Assembly (NCBI GenBank): GCA_965215565.1
Contig: CBDCDZ010000004.1
Span: 448,001 to 512,000 of the forward strand
From: Trueperaceae bacterium
GTDB taxonomy: Bacteria > Deinococcota > Deinococci > Deinococcales > Trueperaceae
Direction: 5' to 3'
Length of the DNA stretch: 64,000 nucleotides
Each line of letters begins with the position of its first letter. Within the stretch, counting starts at the first letter, position 1. Positions 51,216 through 60,289 of the stretch are shown in pieces. The notes beneath the pieces were generated by a model. It saw nothing but the letters and a program-made list of their open reading frames with translations, did not search any database and was not told where the DNA came from. The position numbers and the translations under genes were made by a program.

Positions 51216-51779
51216 TCACGACTCTGGAGCTATGAGCGCAACTAACCTAAAACGGGCGATTTTGGCGATTTCGGCGAGGGCGCGTCTCCTTTCAGCGTCC
51301 TGTGCGTTGCCGAGCCGCACCTCGAACGCCTCTAAAATACTCTCTTTGCTGTGACCTTTGACCGCGATGATGAAGGGAAAGTCGAAGCGCGCCTTGTACG
51401 CGGTGTTGAGCGCGTGAAACTGCCTGTACTCCGCCTCGCTGAGGCGGTCTAAACCCGCGCCCGCTTGCTCCTGTTTGGAGTCGGCAGTGAGGGTGCCTGC
51501 TCGAGCCGCCTTGCCCGCCAAGTCGGGGTGCGCGCGGATGAGGTCCAGTTGCCTCTTTTCGTCCGCGCGCTCTACGACGCTGACCATCACATGGTGAAGC
51601 GCGTCTAAAGAGGTGAACGGGCGCTCCTCCGCGCTCTCCTTCGCCACCCACGGCGAATGCTCGAAGACGCCGCCGAGGGCAGTGGCGAACTCGCGCTCGC
51701 TCGCGCTGTTCAACTCACCGAGGGTCACGTCAGCCGCGCTTTGTGAAGAGGTGGGTGCATCGTGCGGACAGTGTATCAC
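51216..51779 (-). CDS. uraD: OHCU decarboxylase (start may be GTG 51728)
   Basis: FEHSPW, HPDL, S..EQ..AGL, Y..RF.FPFI, IA.FRL. Confidence 0.92.
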   Translation of the reverse strand: MIHCPHDAPTSSQSAADVTLGELNSASEREFATALGGVFEHSPWVAKESAEERPFTSLDALHHVMVSVVERADEKRQLDLIRAHPDLAGKAARAGTLTADSKQEQAGAGLDRLSEAEYRQFHALNTAYKARFDFPFIIAVKGHSKESILEAFEVRLGNAQDAERRRALAEIAKIARFRLVALIAPES

Positions 51780-51872
51780 CTGGCGCGCGGCTGACCGAAC
51801 AGCCTCTTCTACGCTCGGACAAAGACTCGAGTCCCTGACTCACTGACTCAACTACACCCTCCTCTTACGAAT

Positions 51873-51901
51873 TATTTCACAATACCTCTGCTCGTGAAAT
51901 A
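51873..51901. promoter_or_regulatory. Candidate operator of the purine catabolism operon
   Basis: TATTTCAC-N13-GTGAAATA overlapping a minus-strand TATTGT -10 upstream of a GAGGAGG RBS. Confidence 0.4.
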
Positions 51902-51945
51902 TTTAGTTCGCTTTGTTATCTGTCAGGGTTGGCTCGAGTTTGCAT

Positions 51946-51973
51946 AAAAAAGAAGCTCCACTAAGGAGCCTCC
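51946..51973 (-). terminator. Intrinsic terminator
   Basis: GAGGCTCC-TTAGT-GGAGCTTC-TTTTTT. Confidence 0.65.
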
Positions 51974-52011
51974 GTTTTTACTGCCTCTTGCGCTCTGCTA
52001 CTTAGGCTGCG

Positions 52012-52170
52012 CTACCCTTCGTCTAAGATGAGCGGAACGGAGAGCAGCACGCCGCCCAAGATGATGAAGGGCAGGGGCGCAGTGGCGATGGCGTCGGTTA
52101 CGCCCAAGAGCGCGATGACGCCGGAGAGAAGGGCGATGACGACGAGTACGAGTCGGATGTTCGTGTTCAC
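52012..52170 (-). CDS. Small 2-TM membrane protein (52 aa)
   Basis: GGAGG RBS, GTG start, two hydrophobic helices, own terminator. Confidence 0.65.
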   Translation of the reverse strand: MNTNIRLVLVVIALLSGVIALLGVTDAIATAPLPFIILGGVLLSVPLILDEG

Positions 52171-52334
52171 TGGTAGCCTCCGTAGGATAGCCCGAGTGGG
52201 CAAGGAGCGTCGGCGCGCTCACATTGTTGTGACTCTCTTTTACCATAATACCTCTATAGGCTGAAGGTTTGTAGCACTCGCAGCAGGCTCGGGGCTACAC
52301 TATCTTACGGACGACGAACTCGAGGAGTCACACC

Positions 52335-54557
52335 ATGCCGGAACTATCTGAGTCGAAACTGTCTGAGCCGGAACTATCTGAGCGCGAAACCGACACGGAC
52401 GCATCCGAAGAGGGCGCAGGGGAGCAAGAGGTCGTGCAAGGCGCAACCCCGCCCAGAGCCACCTCGCCCGAAGAGGTCGGCGCTGCGCGAGATGACCTCG
52501 CTCTGGATGACCCCGCGCTCTACTTCAACCGCGAGCTGAGTGAAATCGACTTTCACTGGCGCGTGTTCTACCAGGCGAAGGACGAGCGCTTACCCCTCTT
52601 AGAGCGCGTACGCTTTTTGGCGATCACCGCGAGCAACATGGACGAGTTTTTCCAGAAGCGCGTGGGCGGGCTCAAGCGGCAGGAGGCGGCGGGCGTCGGG
52701 GCGCTCTCCCCGGACGGGCGCACGCCAAAGGAACAGCTCGAGCTTATCCGCGCCGCTGCGAGAACCATGTATGGGGCGATGGCGGCGCTGTGGGAGACGC
52801 TTCAGGCGGCGTTGGCAGAGCGAACGGGCTTCGCGGTCACAGCCTATGGCGCGCTTTCGGAGGGCGAGAGGGAGAGAGCAGAGGGGGACTTTCAGAGAAG
52901 CATCTACCCCATCCTCACCCCGCTCGCCGTGGACCCCGGACGCCCCTTCCCCTTCATCTCCAACTTGAGCTTGTCTTTAGCGGTCAGGCTGCGCCACCCC
53001 GAGCGAGGGACGACGCACTTCGCCCGCATCAAGGTGCCGCTGAGCCGAGGGCGCTGGTACGAGGTGTCACAGGGGTGCGTCGTCCCTTTGGAGCAACTCA
53101 TCGCCCACCACGTGCAGGACCTCTTCGCCGGGATGGAGGTCTTGGAGGTGCACGCCTTTAGGGTTACGCGCAACGCCGACGTGCGCCGCGACGAGGAGGA
53201 AGCGGACGACCTCTTGGCGATGATGTCCGAGGAGCTGCGCGAGCGCCGCTTCGCGCCCGTCGTGAGGCTCGAGGTGGAAGAGACCATGCCCCCCTCTCTG
53301 CGGGCGTATCTGCTCGAGAAGCTCGGCATAGACGAGGCGGACCTCTACAGCGCCCCGCTCCTCTCCTTAGCGGACCTCGCCGAAGTTGCCGACCTACCTT
53401 TCGAGGACCTCAAATACCCGAGTTGGGACCCGGTAACGCCCGCGCGCTTGGCAGCGAACGGCGAACGGGAAATGGACGACATCTTCACGGTTCTGAAGCG
53501 CGGCGACCTCTTGGTTCATCACCCCTACGAACGCTTCCGCACCTCCGCACTGCGCTTAGTCGAAGAGGCGGCGGAGGACGCGCGCGTGGTGGCGATCAAG
53601 CAGACCCTGTACCGCACCTCGGACGACTCACCTACCGTCGCGGCGCTCGTCAAAGCGGCGGAGCGGGGCAAGCAAGTCGCCGTGTTGGTCGAGGTCAAAG
53701 CGCGTTTCGACGAGGCGAACAACATCGAGTGGGGGCAGATGTTGGAGAACTCGGGCGTCCACGTCGCCTACGGGCTCGTCGGGCTCAAGACGCACGCCAA
53801 GGCGACGCTCATCGTCCGCGAAGAGGAGGACGGCGTGCGGACGTACGCGCATATCGGCACGGGCAACTACCACATTAAAACGGCGCGCCTCTACACCGAT
53901 TTGGGACTCCTCAGCGCGGACCCCGCCCTCGGCGCGGACCTCACCCGCTTGTTTCACTACCTCACAGGCTACGCGCCCGAGCAACCTTACAGCGCGCTCC
54001 TCGTCGCGCCGCGCGACATGAGAGAGCGGTTTCTGGCGCTCATCGAGGGCGAGACCATACGGCAACAGGAGGACGGCAGCGGGCGCATCATTGCGAAATT
54101 CAACGGTTTGGACGACGCGGAGATCATCAGAGCCCTGTACCGCGCCTCGCGCGCAGGCGTCCAAATCGACCTCATCGTGCGCGGGCTCTGCCGCTTGCGT
54201 CCGGGGCTCGCAGGGGTGAGCGAGACGATCAGGGTTACGAGCATCTTAGGGCGCTTTTTAGAGCACGACCGCGTGTACTACTTTCACAACGGCGGCGCGC
54301 CGCACATCTATATCGGCAGCGCCGATTGGCGGCGGCGCAACCTCTCGGACCGCGTCGAGGCGGCGGCTCCGGTGACGGACCCCGCGTTGCAGCGGCGGCT
54401 CATCGCGGTGCTGGAGGCTGCTTTAGAGGACAACCGCTTAGCGTGGGATTTGCGCCCTGACGGGCAGTACGTACAGCGCAAGCCCGCACCGGGCGAAGCG
54501 GAGCGGAACTATCACGATATCTTGATGGCGAGGGCGCTGGGGAACGCGAATGACTGA
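52335..54557 (+). CDS. ppk1: Polyphosphate kinase 1
   Basis: FNRELS, PFPFISN, HHPY, KARFDE, KTHAK, GTGNY, FLEH, SADW. Confidence 0.96.
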   Translation: MPELSESKLSEPELSERETDTDASEEGAGEQEVVQGATPPRATSPEEVGAARDDLALDDPALYFNRELSEIDFHWRVFYQAKDERLPLLERVRFLAITASNMDEFFQKRVGGLKRQEAAGVGALSPDGRTPKEQLELIRAAARTMYGAMAALWETLQAALAERTGFAVTAYGALSEGERERAEGDFQRSIYPILTPLAVDPGRPFPFISNLSLSLAVRLRHPERGTTHFARIKVPLSRGRWYEVSQGCVVPLEQLIAHHVQDLFAGMEVLEVHAFRVTRNADVRRDEEEADDLLAMMSEELRERRFAPVVRLEVEETMPPSLRAYLLEKLGIDEADLYSAPLLSLADLAEVADLPFEDLKYPSWDPVTPARLAANGEREMDDIFTVLKRGDLLVHHPYERFRTSALRLVEEAAEDARVVAIKQTLYRTSDDSPTVAALVKAAERGKQVAVLVEVKARFDEANNIEWGQMLENSGVHVAYGLVGLKTHAKATLIVREEEDGVRTYAHIGTGNYHIKTARLYTDLGLLSADPALGADLTRLFHYLTGYAPEQPYSALLVAPRDMRERFLALIEGETIRQQEDGSGRIIAKFNGLDDAEIIRALYRASRAGVQIDLIVRGLCRLRPGLAGVSETIRVTSILGRFLEHDRVYYFHNGGAPHIYIGSADWRRRNLSDRVEAAAPVTDPALQRRLIAVLEAALEDNRLAWDLRPDGQYVQRKPAPGEAERNYHDILMARALGNAND

Positions 54558-54566
54558 GGAGAGGTT

Positions 54567-54691
54567 ATACGGTTTCCGGTTAATTGTTTTGAGAATTAAC
54601 CCGAGCAGAGCGAGTAGAAAAAAATACGGATTCCGCTGAGAACGGAAGAAACTCGAAAGAGTTTATGCAGTGTTCAGCCGGAATCCGTATT
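54567..54691 (+). repeat. Repeat family B (Deinococcus SRE/SNR-like)
   Basis: ATACGGTTTCCG...CGAGCAGAGCGAGTAGAAAAAAATACGGATTCCG...CGGAATCCGTATT (13-bp perfect inverted repeat). Confidence 0.75.
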
Positions 54692-54738
54692 ACACCCCTG
54701 TGATCCACTGGGAGCGTCGATGTTACCTGCTGCAAAGT

Positions 54739-54826
54739 CCGCCAGAGAAGACGCCATCTTGCAGCCGCGTAGCGAGGCTGCACCAAGGCAATCTCTCTAG
54801 CGAACCGCTGACGTCCCCCGGCGGAT
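54739..54826 (+). repeat. Repeat family C, copy 1
   Basis: CCGCCAGAG..GACG..GCAGC..GAGGCTGCAC.AAGGCAATCTCTCTAGC..ACG.CCCCCGGCGGA; second copy at 56823. Confidence 0.7.
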
Positions 54827-54850
54827 GTGGGGTTGACCCACCTCCACAGT

Positions 54851-54982
54851 TAGCAGTTCCAAAATATACTAAGACGGACGAGTGCTTACGAAGTTTTGCC
54901 TCCGGCAAGGGTATCATCCCTTAAAGTGCGTGCTAGACATCGTTTTGCAAAGTAGGAGTCTCTGACCAGATGATACCTGCTA
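54851..54982 (+). repeat. Repeat family A, copy 4
   Basis: TAGCAGTTCCA...GGTATCATC..AAAGTGCGTGCTA...GACCAGATGATACCTGCTA. Confidence 0.8.
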
Positions 54983-54992
54983 AGTGTACTCT

Positions 54993-55361
54993 ATGCGCCG
55001 CGTAACGCAAGGGGAACGCCCGGAAATGCACACTGTGGACATGAAACGAACCTACAGCCTCGAGGAAATTGAAAGCGAACTCCTCTTCGACGCCTTCATC
55101 GCCCAAGAGACCATTTCACAGCGCTTCGAGCGCGACGCTGAACGTGGCGGCTGGCGCTACACCATCTACTCGACGAAGCAGTCAGGCGAACTCGCCGTCC
55201 ACGCGCGGCGCGGTGGGCGCACCCGCTTCCGCGTGCTCAAAGCGCCCTTTTTAACGGACTATCTAGGTGAGACGCAAGGCACGCCGCTAACAGGGCGTGC
55301 GGCGCTCGAGCTAGTCATCAAAATCGAAACCCGTTTAGGCAGCGCGTTTCCTTGGGTGTAG
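54993..55361 (+). CDS. Hypothetical protein (start uncertain)
   Basis: ORF of about 110-120 aa with host-like codon usage. Confidence 0.55.
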   Translation: MRRVTQGERPEMHTVDMKRTYSLEEIESELLFDAFIAQETISQRFERDAERGGWRYTIYSTKQSGELAVHARRGGRTRFRVLKAPFLTDYLGETQGTPLTGRAALELVIKIETRLGSAFPWV

Positions 55362-55701
55362 TGCTCCCCAGAAGGAGAACACGGCGGCGTTCGGCTCAGA
55401 ACCACGCCCTAAGACTCGAGATTGACGCAGACTTTGCGTAGCGAAAGAGAACAGCACGTTACTGTAGCGTGAGTGCCTCAAAGTGGCTAACGGTAGCGCC
55501 TCCTGCTAAAAAGCGGAGCAACCTTCCGCTGCAGGTATGCCCCACCTTTCACGCCCACCGGGGAGACTGGTTTCGAAAAAGGTACGCCTGTAAGCGAAAT
55601 GCTGCTCCGCAACGCCGAACCTACCCCGCTCCCAGCCGGCATTCTGTCAAATAGAGAACCTCATGGGTCAGCGCTTCTTGCGAACTCTGATAGCATCCCC
55701 T

Positions 55702-56052
55702 ATGATACTCGGTCTTTTAACTCTCCTCAGCTATCAACTCGTCGGCGAAATTGTGGTGCGAGCCGCCAACTTGCCCGTGCCCGGTCCGGTGCTCGGGATG
55801 CTCCTCTTGTTCGTGACGCTTATGTGGCGGGGTGGGGCGTCCAAAGGGTTAGGAGAGGTCTCGAGTGGGCTCCTCGCGCACCTCTCACTCTTATTTGTAC
55901 CTGCGGGCGTGGGCGTGGTGCGCTACTTGCCGCTCTTGCGCGCTGAAGGGCTCACGCTCGGCGCGGTGCTCGTACTGAGCACGCTCCTCACGCTCGCGGT
56001 GACGGGCGCGGTTTTTTACCTTAGTCTGAGACTTGGGGGGCGCAGCGCATGA
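55702..56052 (+). CDS. CidA/LrgA family protein
   Basis: PVPGPVLGM.LL, LLFVPAGVG. Confidence 0.9.
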   Translation: MILGLLTLLSYQLVGEIVVRAANLPVPGPVLGMLLLFVTLMWRGGASKGLGEVSSGLLAHLSLLFVPAGVGVVRYLPLLRAEGLTLGAVLVLSTLLTLAVTGAVFYLSLRLGGRSA

Positions 56053-56762
56053 TAGAAGACATCTGGGTTTACCTCGCGCAGACGCCGCTGCTATGGCTCA
56101 CCCTCACGCTGCTCGTCTACAGCGGCGCGCAGTGGCTCTTTGCGAAGAGCGGGGAGTTGCCACTGGTCAACCCGGTGCTTCTGTCCATCATAGCGCTCGT
56201 GACGGTGCTGCTCGTGACGGGGACATCTTACGACGCCTATTTCGAGGGGGCGCAGTTCGTTCACTTTCTGCTCGGACCTGCCACCGTCGCGCTCGCGGTG
56301 CCGCTCTACAACCAGCTTGGAAAGGTGCGCTCCAGGCTTCTTCCGTTGAGCCTCGCTCTCGTCGCGGGCTCTGCTACAGGCATCCTCGCGCCGGTTCTGC
56401 TCGCGCAGGGGCTCGGACTGAGCGAACGCACCGTGCTCTCGCTCGCGCCCAAGAGCGTGACCACGCCCATCGCGATGGGCGTTGCGGAGCAAGTCGGCGG
56501 CGCACCCCCCCTTACCGCTGTGCTCGTCATCCTCACGGGCATCATCGGGGCGAGCGTCGGCGTCGAGGTGTTGCGGCTGCTTAGGTTGCGCGACGAGGCG
56601 GTGCAAGGCTTCGCCGTCGGCGCGGCGTCGCACGGCATCGGCACGGCGCGCGCGCTGCAAGTCAGCGAGGAGGCGGGCGCGTTCTCGGGGCTCGCGATGG
56701 GGCTCAACGGCGCGCTGACCGCGCTGCTCGTGCCGCTCTTGCTTGAACTATTGGGTTTTTAG
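56049..56762 (+). CDS. LrgB/CidB family protein
   Basis: LGPATVALAVPLY, PKSVTTPIA, G..SHGIGTA; ATGA overlap with cidA. Confidence 0.93.
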   Translation: MIEDIWVYLAQTPLLWLTLTLLVYSGAQWLFAKSGELPLVNPVLLSIIALVTVLLVTGTSYDAYFEGAQFVHFLLGPATVALAVPLYNQLGKVRSRLLPLSLALVAGSATGILAPVLLAQGLGLSERTVLSLAPKSVTTPIAMGVAEQVGGAPPLTAVLVILTGIIGASVGVEVLRLLRLRDEAVQGFAVGAASHGIGTARALQVSEEAGAFSGLAMGLNGALTALLVPLLLELLGF

Positions 56763-56822
56763 AGGGTATCTCAAAGGGGTTCAAGTCACCTAAAAGTGCG
56801 GCGTCTTGCGACATAGGAAACC

Positions 56823-56908
56823 CCGCCAGAGGGACGCTTTCATGCAGCTTGTTAGTGAGGCTGCACAAAGGCAATCTCTCTAGCAGGCTACTTACGCCCC
56901 CGGCGGAA
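56823..56908 (+). repeat. Repeat family C, copy 2
   Basis: Homologous to 54739-54826. Confidence 0.7.
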
Positions 56909-57124
56909 GTGCAAGGCTCCTGCCTTACGTTAAGCATCATACGCTAAAGGTAACAGCGCTGCGGTGTTGTTCTCGAGGTGATGGAGCGAACACACTACCC
57001 TCGGCGCGTTCGTCTGCTGAAATCAGCTCGGAAAAGTTAAGCGCGGTGTCGCTTAATCATGGCGCGGACCCCCCACCATTCGGCAAAAGGTTAAAAAACG
57101 TACACCATGCGCTATAGTGGGTCC

Positions 57125-58069
57125 GTGTTTCGTTCTATTTTGATCATCTGGATTTTTCTATGCCCTTTCGCCGCCGCGCAAACCCTCACGGTTGGGGGCA
57201 ACGTGTCCCCGCTGGGCCTCGAGCCTGATGTGCGTTTGGAGGGCGTCAAGGCTGAGGGGCTGACCTTTGGCGCGCGCGCAGCGTTCGACTTAGGGTCAGA
57301 GACGCTCGAGCTAGGTGCAAACGCGCGCTTTAACACCTCGCTCGGACCGCTCGGCAACGTCGCGGTGACGGGTAGGGCTGACGCGGACACGGCGGGCGCG
57401 TTCACCGCTTCGGTGCGCGGCAGCGGCGTGCTCGGTTCCGTTGGCGCGCGGGTCAGGCTCGCCGCGTTTAACACCAATCCGGGGCGCTTCGCTCCCGAAG
57501 ACCTCTTGAGTGATAAGCGCCCTTTCCTGTTGGCGACGCCACAAGAACGCCTTTTCGCCGCCCAGTTCGGGCTCGGCTTGACCTACCGCTTGAGCCGCAC
57601 AAACATCTTAAACGTCGATCCGGACCTGCTCTATGCGGGCGGCGGCTTCGGCGTGCGGGGAACGGCTACCCTCGAACTGCGCCGCCTGCGAAACCGCGAC
57701 GACGGCGTCCTTTTGGCGGAAGGCTATCTCAAACCGGGCGGCGCGGCGGGCTACGGCGCGGTGGGGTTCACCTACGCCCTCAACGCGCGCCGAGCACCTC
57801 TCATCCGAGGTTCGCTCCTCGTGGGCGCGGGTAGCGAAGGGCTCTACCCCGGCGCGCGCTTCTCGCTGCAAACGCGCGGCGAGGTCGACTACACCCTCTC
57901 GCTCGCCGCCGAGCCCTACCGCGCGGACTTACCGAAGCTTCGCGCCGAGGTGAGCGCGAGCGGCGCGCTCGGCGCAGGAGACCTCCGCACGGTTCTACTC
58001 ACGGTTCCGCTAGAGGACTTCGGCGCGCCGCTCTTCGTGCTGAGAAGCGCGTACGAACTCGAGTTTTAA
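57125..58069 (+). CDS. Exported protein, probable outer-membrane beta-barrel
   Basis: Signal peptide ..AAA-Q; alternating Gly/aromatic strands; C-terminal YELEF; TATAGT lies 6 nt before GTG 57125. Confidence 0.65.
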   Translation: MFRSILIIWIFLCPFAAAQTLTVGGNVSPLGLEPDVRLEGVKAEGLTFGARAAFDLGSETLELGANARFNTSLGPLGNVAVTGRADADTAGAFTASVRGSGVLGSVGARVRLAAFNTNPGRFAPEDLLSDKRPFLLATPQERLFAAQFGLGLTYRLSRTNILNVDPDLLYAGGGFGVRGTATLELRRLRNRDDGVLLAEGYLKPGGAAGYGAVGFTYALNARRAPLIRGSLLVGAGSEGLYPGARFSLQTRGEVDYTLSLAAEPYRADLPKLRAEVSASGALGAGDLRTVLLTVPLEDFGAPLFVLRSAYELEF

Positions 58070-58124
58070 CGGTGCGGCGCGTGAACTCGGCATTTTCTTC
58101 GGGCTGACCACCGGCGACTCCTGG

Positions 58125-59231
58125 CTACTCCTCCAGCGGCACCAGTGAGCGGGTCTGGAAGTCGATTTCAAAAACGCCGGTAGCGGGCACCTCCAGCGTG
58201 AAGCGAATTGTGTTGACGCCGCGCCGCAGCTCGACGCGGTGGGGTCCGGGCGGCAAGTCGGAGACGAAGCCGCGCCGCGGCTCGCTGTCAATTGCCACCG
58301 AGAAACCGGCGGGCGGCGTCCAGTAGAGGAGCGTGCCGGAACGGGGCTCCAGAGTCGCCGAAACGCGGCTCACAAAAAAGTTGCGCACGCGCACCGATTG
58401 GGTCTCGGGCACGAAGCCCGGACGCTCCAAGCGCAGCGTGCGCACACCGGGGTCCGCGCTCATGGTCAGGGGCGTCGTGCCGACGAACTCGTTGTCTAGG
58501 AAGACTTCGGCGTTGGGTGTGCTCGTTACCTGGACGCTGCCGCTACGGACCGCCGTCAGCTCGAAGTTGACGAACTCGGTGTGGTCCACCTCGAGCGTCA
58601 ACGTGTCGATCTCCGGCACGAAGCCCGCCTTGCGCAGCTCGACGGTGTAGCGCCCCGGCGCGAGCGAGATGAGCCCGGTTTCCGAGGTATCGCCGACGTA
58701 CACGCCGCCGATATGAATCTGGGCGCGGCGCGGCTGCGACGAGACGAAGAGGCTCGCCGAGCCGCTCGAGAGCGGGTTGCCAGGGCGGATAAAGGCGCTG
58801 ACCGCGCTCGTCAGCTCCGCCACCGCGCCCAGGTAGTCGCGCGGGCTGAGCGGCTCGCTGAGGAGGTCCGAACTCACGCCGGTCTGCGCGTCCACCGCTA
58901 AGAGGTTGACCGTGTAGAGCGTCTCCTCGCTGAGCGCCCCGCGCGACGCGATGATCTCGCCCGTGAGCCCGTAGCGCTCGTCCGCTAGGTCCGCCACCGC
59001 CGCCGCTACCTCGGGGTCCACACCCCCCCTGGGCGTCGGCGCGAAGATATTGCCCTCCGACACCTCCAGCTCCGTGCGCGCCGCGAGCTGCTGGCGAAAG
59101 GCGGTCATGAACCGCGCGACTACCTCTTCAGGTACCGCGCCGCGCGTGCTAAAGTCTGGCACGACGATCTCAGCCTGCGCGAAGCCCGCACAGGCGAGAA
59201 GACATACAACAAGATAGAGTCGTAACAACAC
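58125..59231 (-). CDS. PEGA domain-containing exported protein
   Basis: Signal peptide; repeats V.S.P..A.V..D..VG.TP..PG...L...GF. Confidence 0.85.
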   Translation of the reverse strand: MLLRLYLVVCLLACAGFAQAEIVVPDFSTRGAVPEEVVARFMTAFRQQLAARTELEVSEGNIFAPTPRGGVDPEVAAAVADLADERYGLTGEIIASRGALSEETLYTVNLLAVDAQTGVSSDLLSEPLSPRDYLGAVAELTSAVSAFIRPGNPLSSGSASLFVSSQPRRAQIHIGGVYVGDTSETGLISLAPGRYTVELRKAGFVPEIDTLTLEVDHTEFVNFELTAVRSGSVQVTSTPNAEVFLDNEFVGTTPLTMSADPGVRTLRLERPGFVPETQSVRVRNFFVSRVSATLEPRSGTLLYWTPPAGFSVAIDSEPRRGFVSDLPPGPHRVELRRGVNTIRFTLEVPATGVFEIDFQTRSLVPLEE

Positions 59232-59288
59232 TGAGATATTATAGCCTCAGTCGGGCACCTGTTTGTTGTAGTGGCGCGAATAGTCGGG

Positions 59289-59699
59289 CTAGGCTTCGTC
59301 GCTAGGCACGAACTCCAGCGCCACCCCGTTGTTGCAGTAGCGCTTCCCGGTAGGCTGCGGTCCGTCACCAAAGACGTGCCCCTGGTGTCCGCCGCAACGC
59401 GCACAGTGGTACTCCGTGCGGGGCCAAATCAGCTTGAAGTCCGTCTTCGTCTCTAAGTGACCGTCTATAAAATCGTAGAAGCTGGGCCACCCTGTCCCCG
59501 AGTCGAACTTCATGTTGCTCCTGAAAAGTTCCAAGCCGCACCCTGCGCAGACAAAGGCTCCGTCGCGCTTCTCCTTGTCCAAAGGACTCGTGCCCGCGCG
59601 CTCCGTGCCCTCCTCGCGCAGCACGTGAAACTGCTCGGGGGTGAGTTCGTCGCGCCACTCGCTCTCAGATTTTTGCACCTTATTGGTATCTTGAATCAT
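59289..59699 (-). CDS. msrB: Peptide-methionine (R)-S-oxide reductase
   Basis: GTER, CxxC, KFDSGTGWPSF, CxxC, GHVF.DGP, RYCNN. Confidence 0.95.
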   Translation of the reverse strand: MIQDTNKVQKSESEWRDELTPEQFHVLREEGTERAGTSPLDKEKRDGAFVCAGCGLELFRSNMKFDSGTGWPSFYDFIDGHLETKTDFKLIWPRTEYHCARCGGHQGHVFGDGPQPTGKRYCNNGVALEFVPSDEA

Positions 59700-59856
59700 A
59701 GCTTTATTGTACGGCGCAACGCGCGAAAAGACCGTAGAGGAGGCTGCAACTTCGCCCTTATACCTTTGCGCACATGCGCGGCTGAAGATAGCGATAAGAT
59801 GAGGTGATGACGCCAAGTTTATTGTCTTTACCTCTGCAGAAATATGAACGCACCTT

Positions 59857-60111
59857 TTGGCCGCCATTCGTGGTGCGCTGGTGACGGACTTTTTGCTCTC
59901 CTTAGGCTTCTGGGACATCTTTTGGATTTTCTGGATCATCGTCGTGCCTGTCGCGCTCCTCGTCTGGATGACGGTGTGGATCATCAAGCGCTACGACGAA
60001 GACGTGGCGCAGCGCGAAGAACTCCTCCGCAAACTCAAGGCGAAAGAGCGAGAGGTGGTGCGGTTCAAGCGGCAAAAGGAGAAAGAGGCGGCGGCAAAGC
60101 GTTCAAAATGA
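59857..60111 (+). CDS. Small single-TM hypothetical protein (start may be 59881)
   Basis: Trp-rich TM segment followed by a charged coiled-coil tail. Confidence 0.55.
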   Translation: MAAIRGALVTDFLLSLGFWDIFWIFWIIVVPVALLVWMTVWIIKRYDEDVAQREELLRKLKAKEREVVRFKRQKEKEAAAKRSK

Positions 60112-60115
60112 CCCA

Positions 60116-60205
60116 ATAGAAATCCCCCGCTTGGGCGGCGGGGGTAAGGAGGGAGAGAGCGGTAAGCGCGTGAAGAGGATGTCTTGTCCGTGCTCGTGCT
60201 TACCT
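60116..60205 (-). ncRNA. Candidate small RNA with an anti-SD linker
   Basis: TAAACT -10 (60217-60212), 5' hairpin, CTCTCTCCCTCCTTA linker, CCCCCGC/GCGGGGG hairpin with T-rich tail. Confidence 0.4.
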
Positions 60206-60289
60206 GAGATGAGTTTAGAGGATGGACTCTGACAAGTTTCTTACGGATTTGCGTAAGAGGTTTGCAAGGTACTCGATTCCTAAGCAGTC

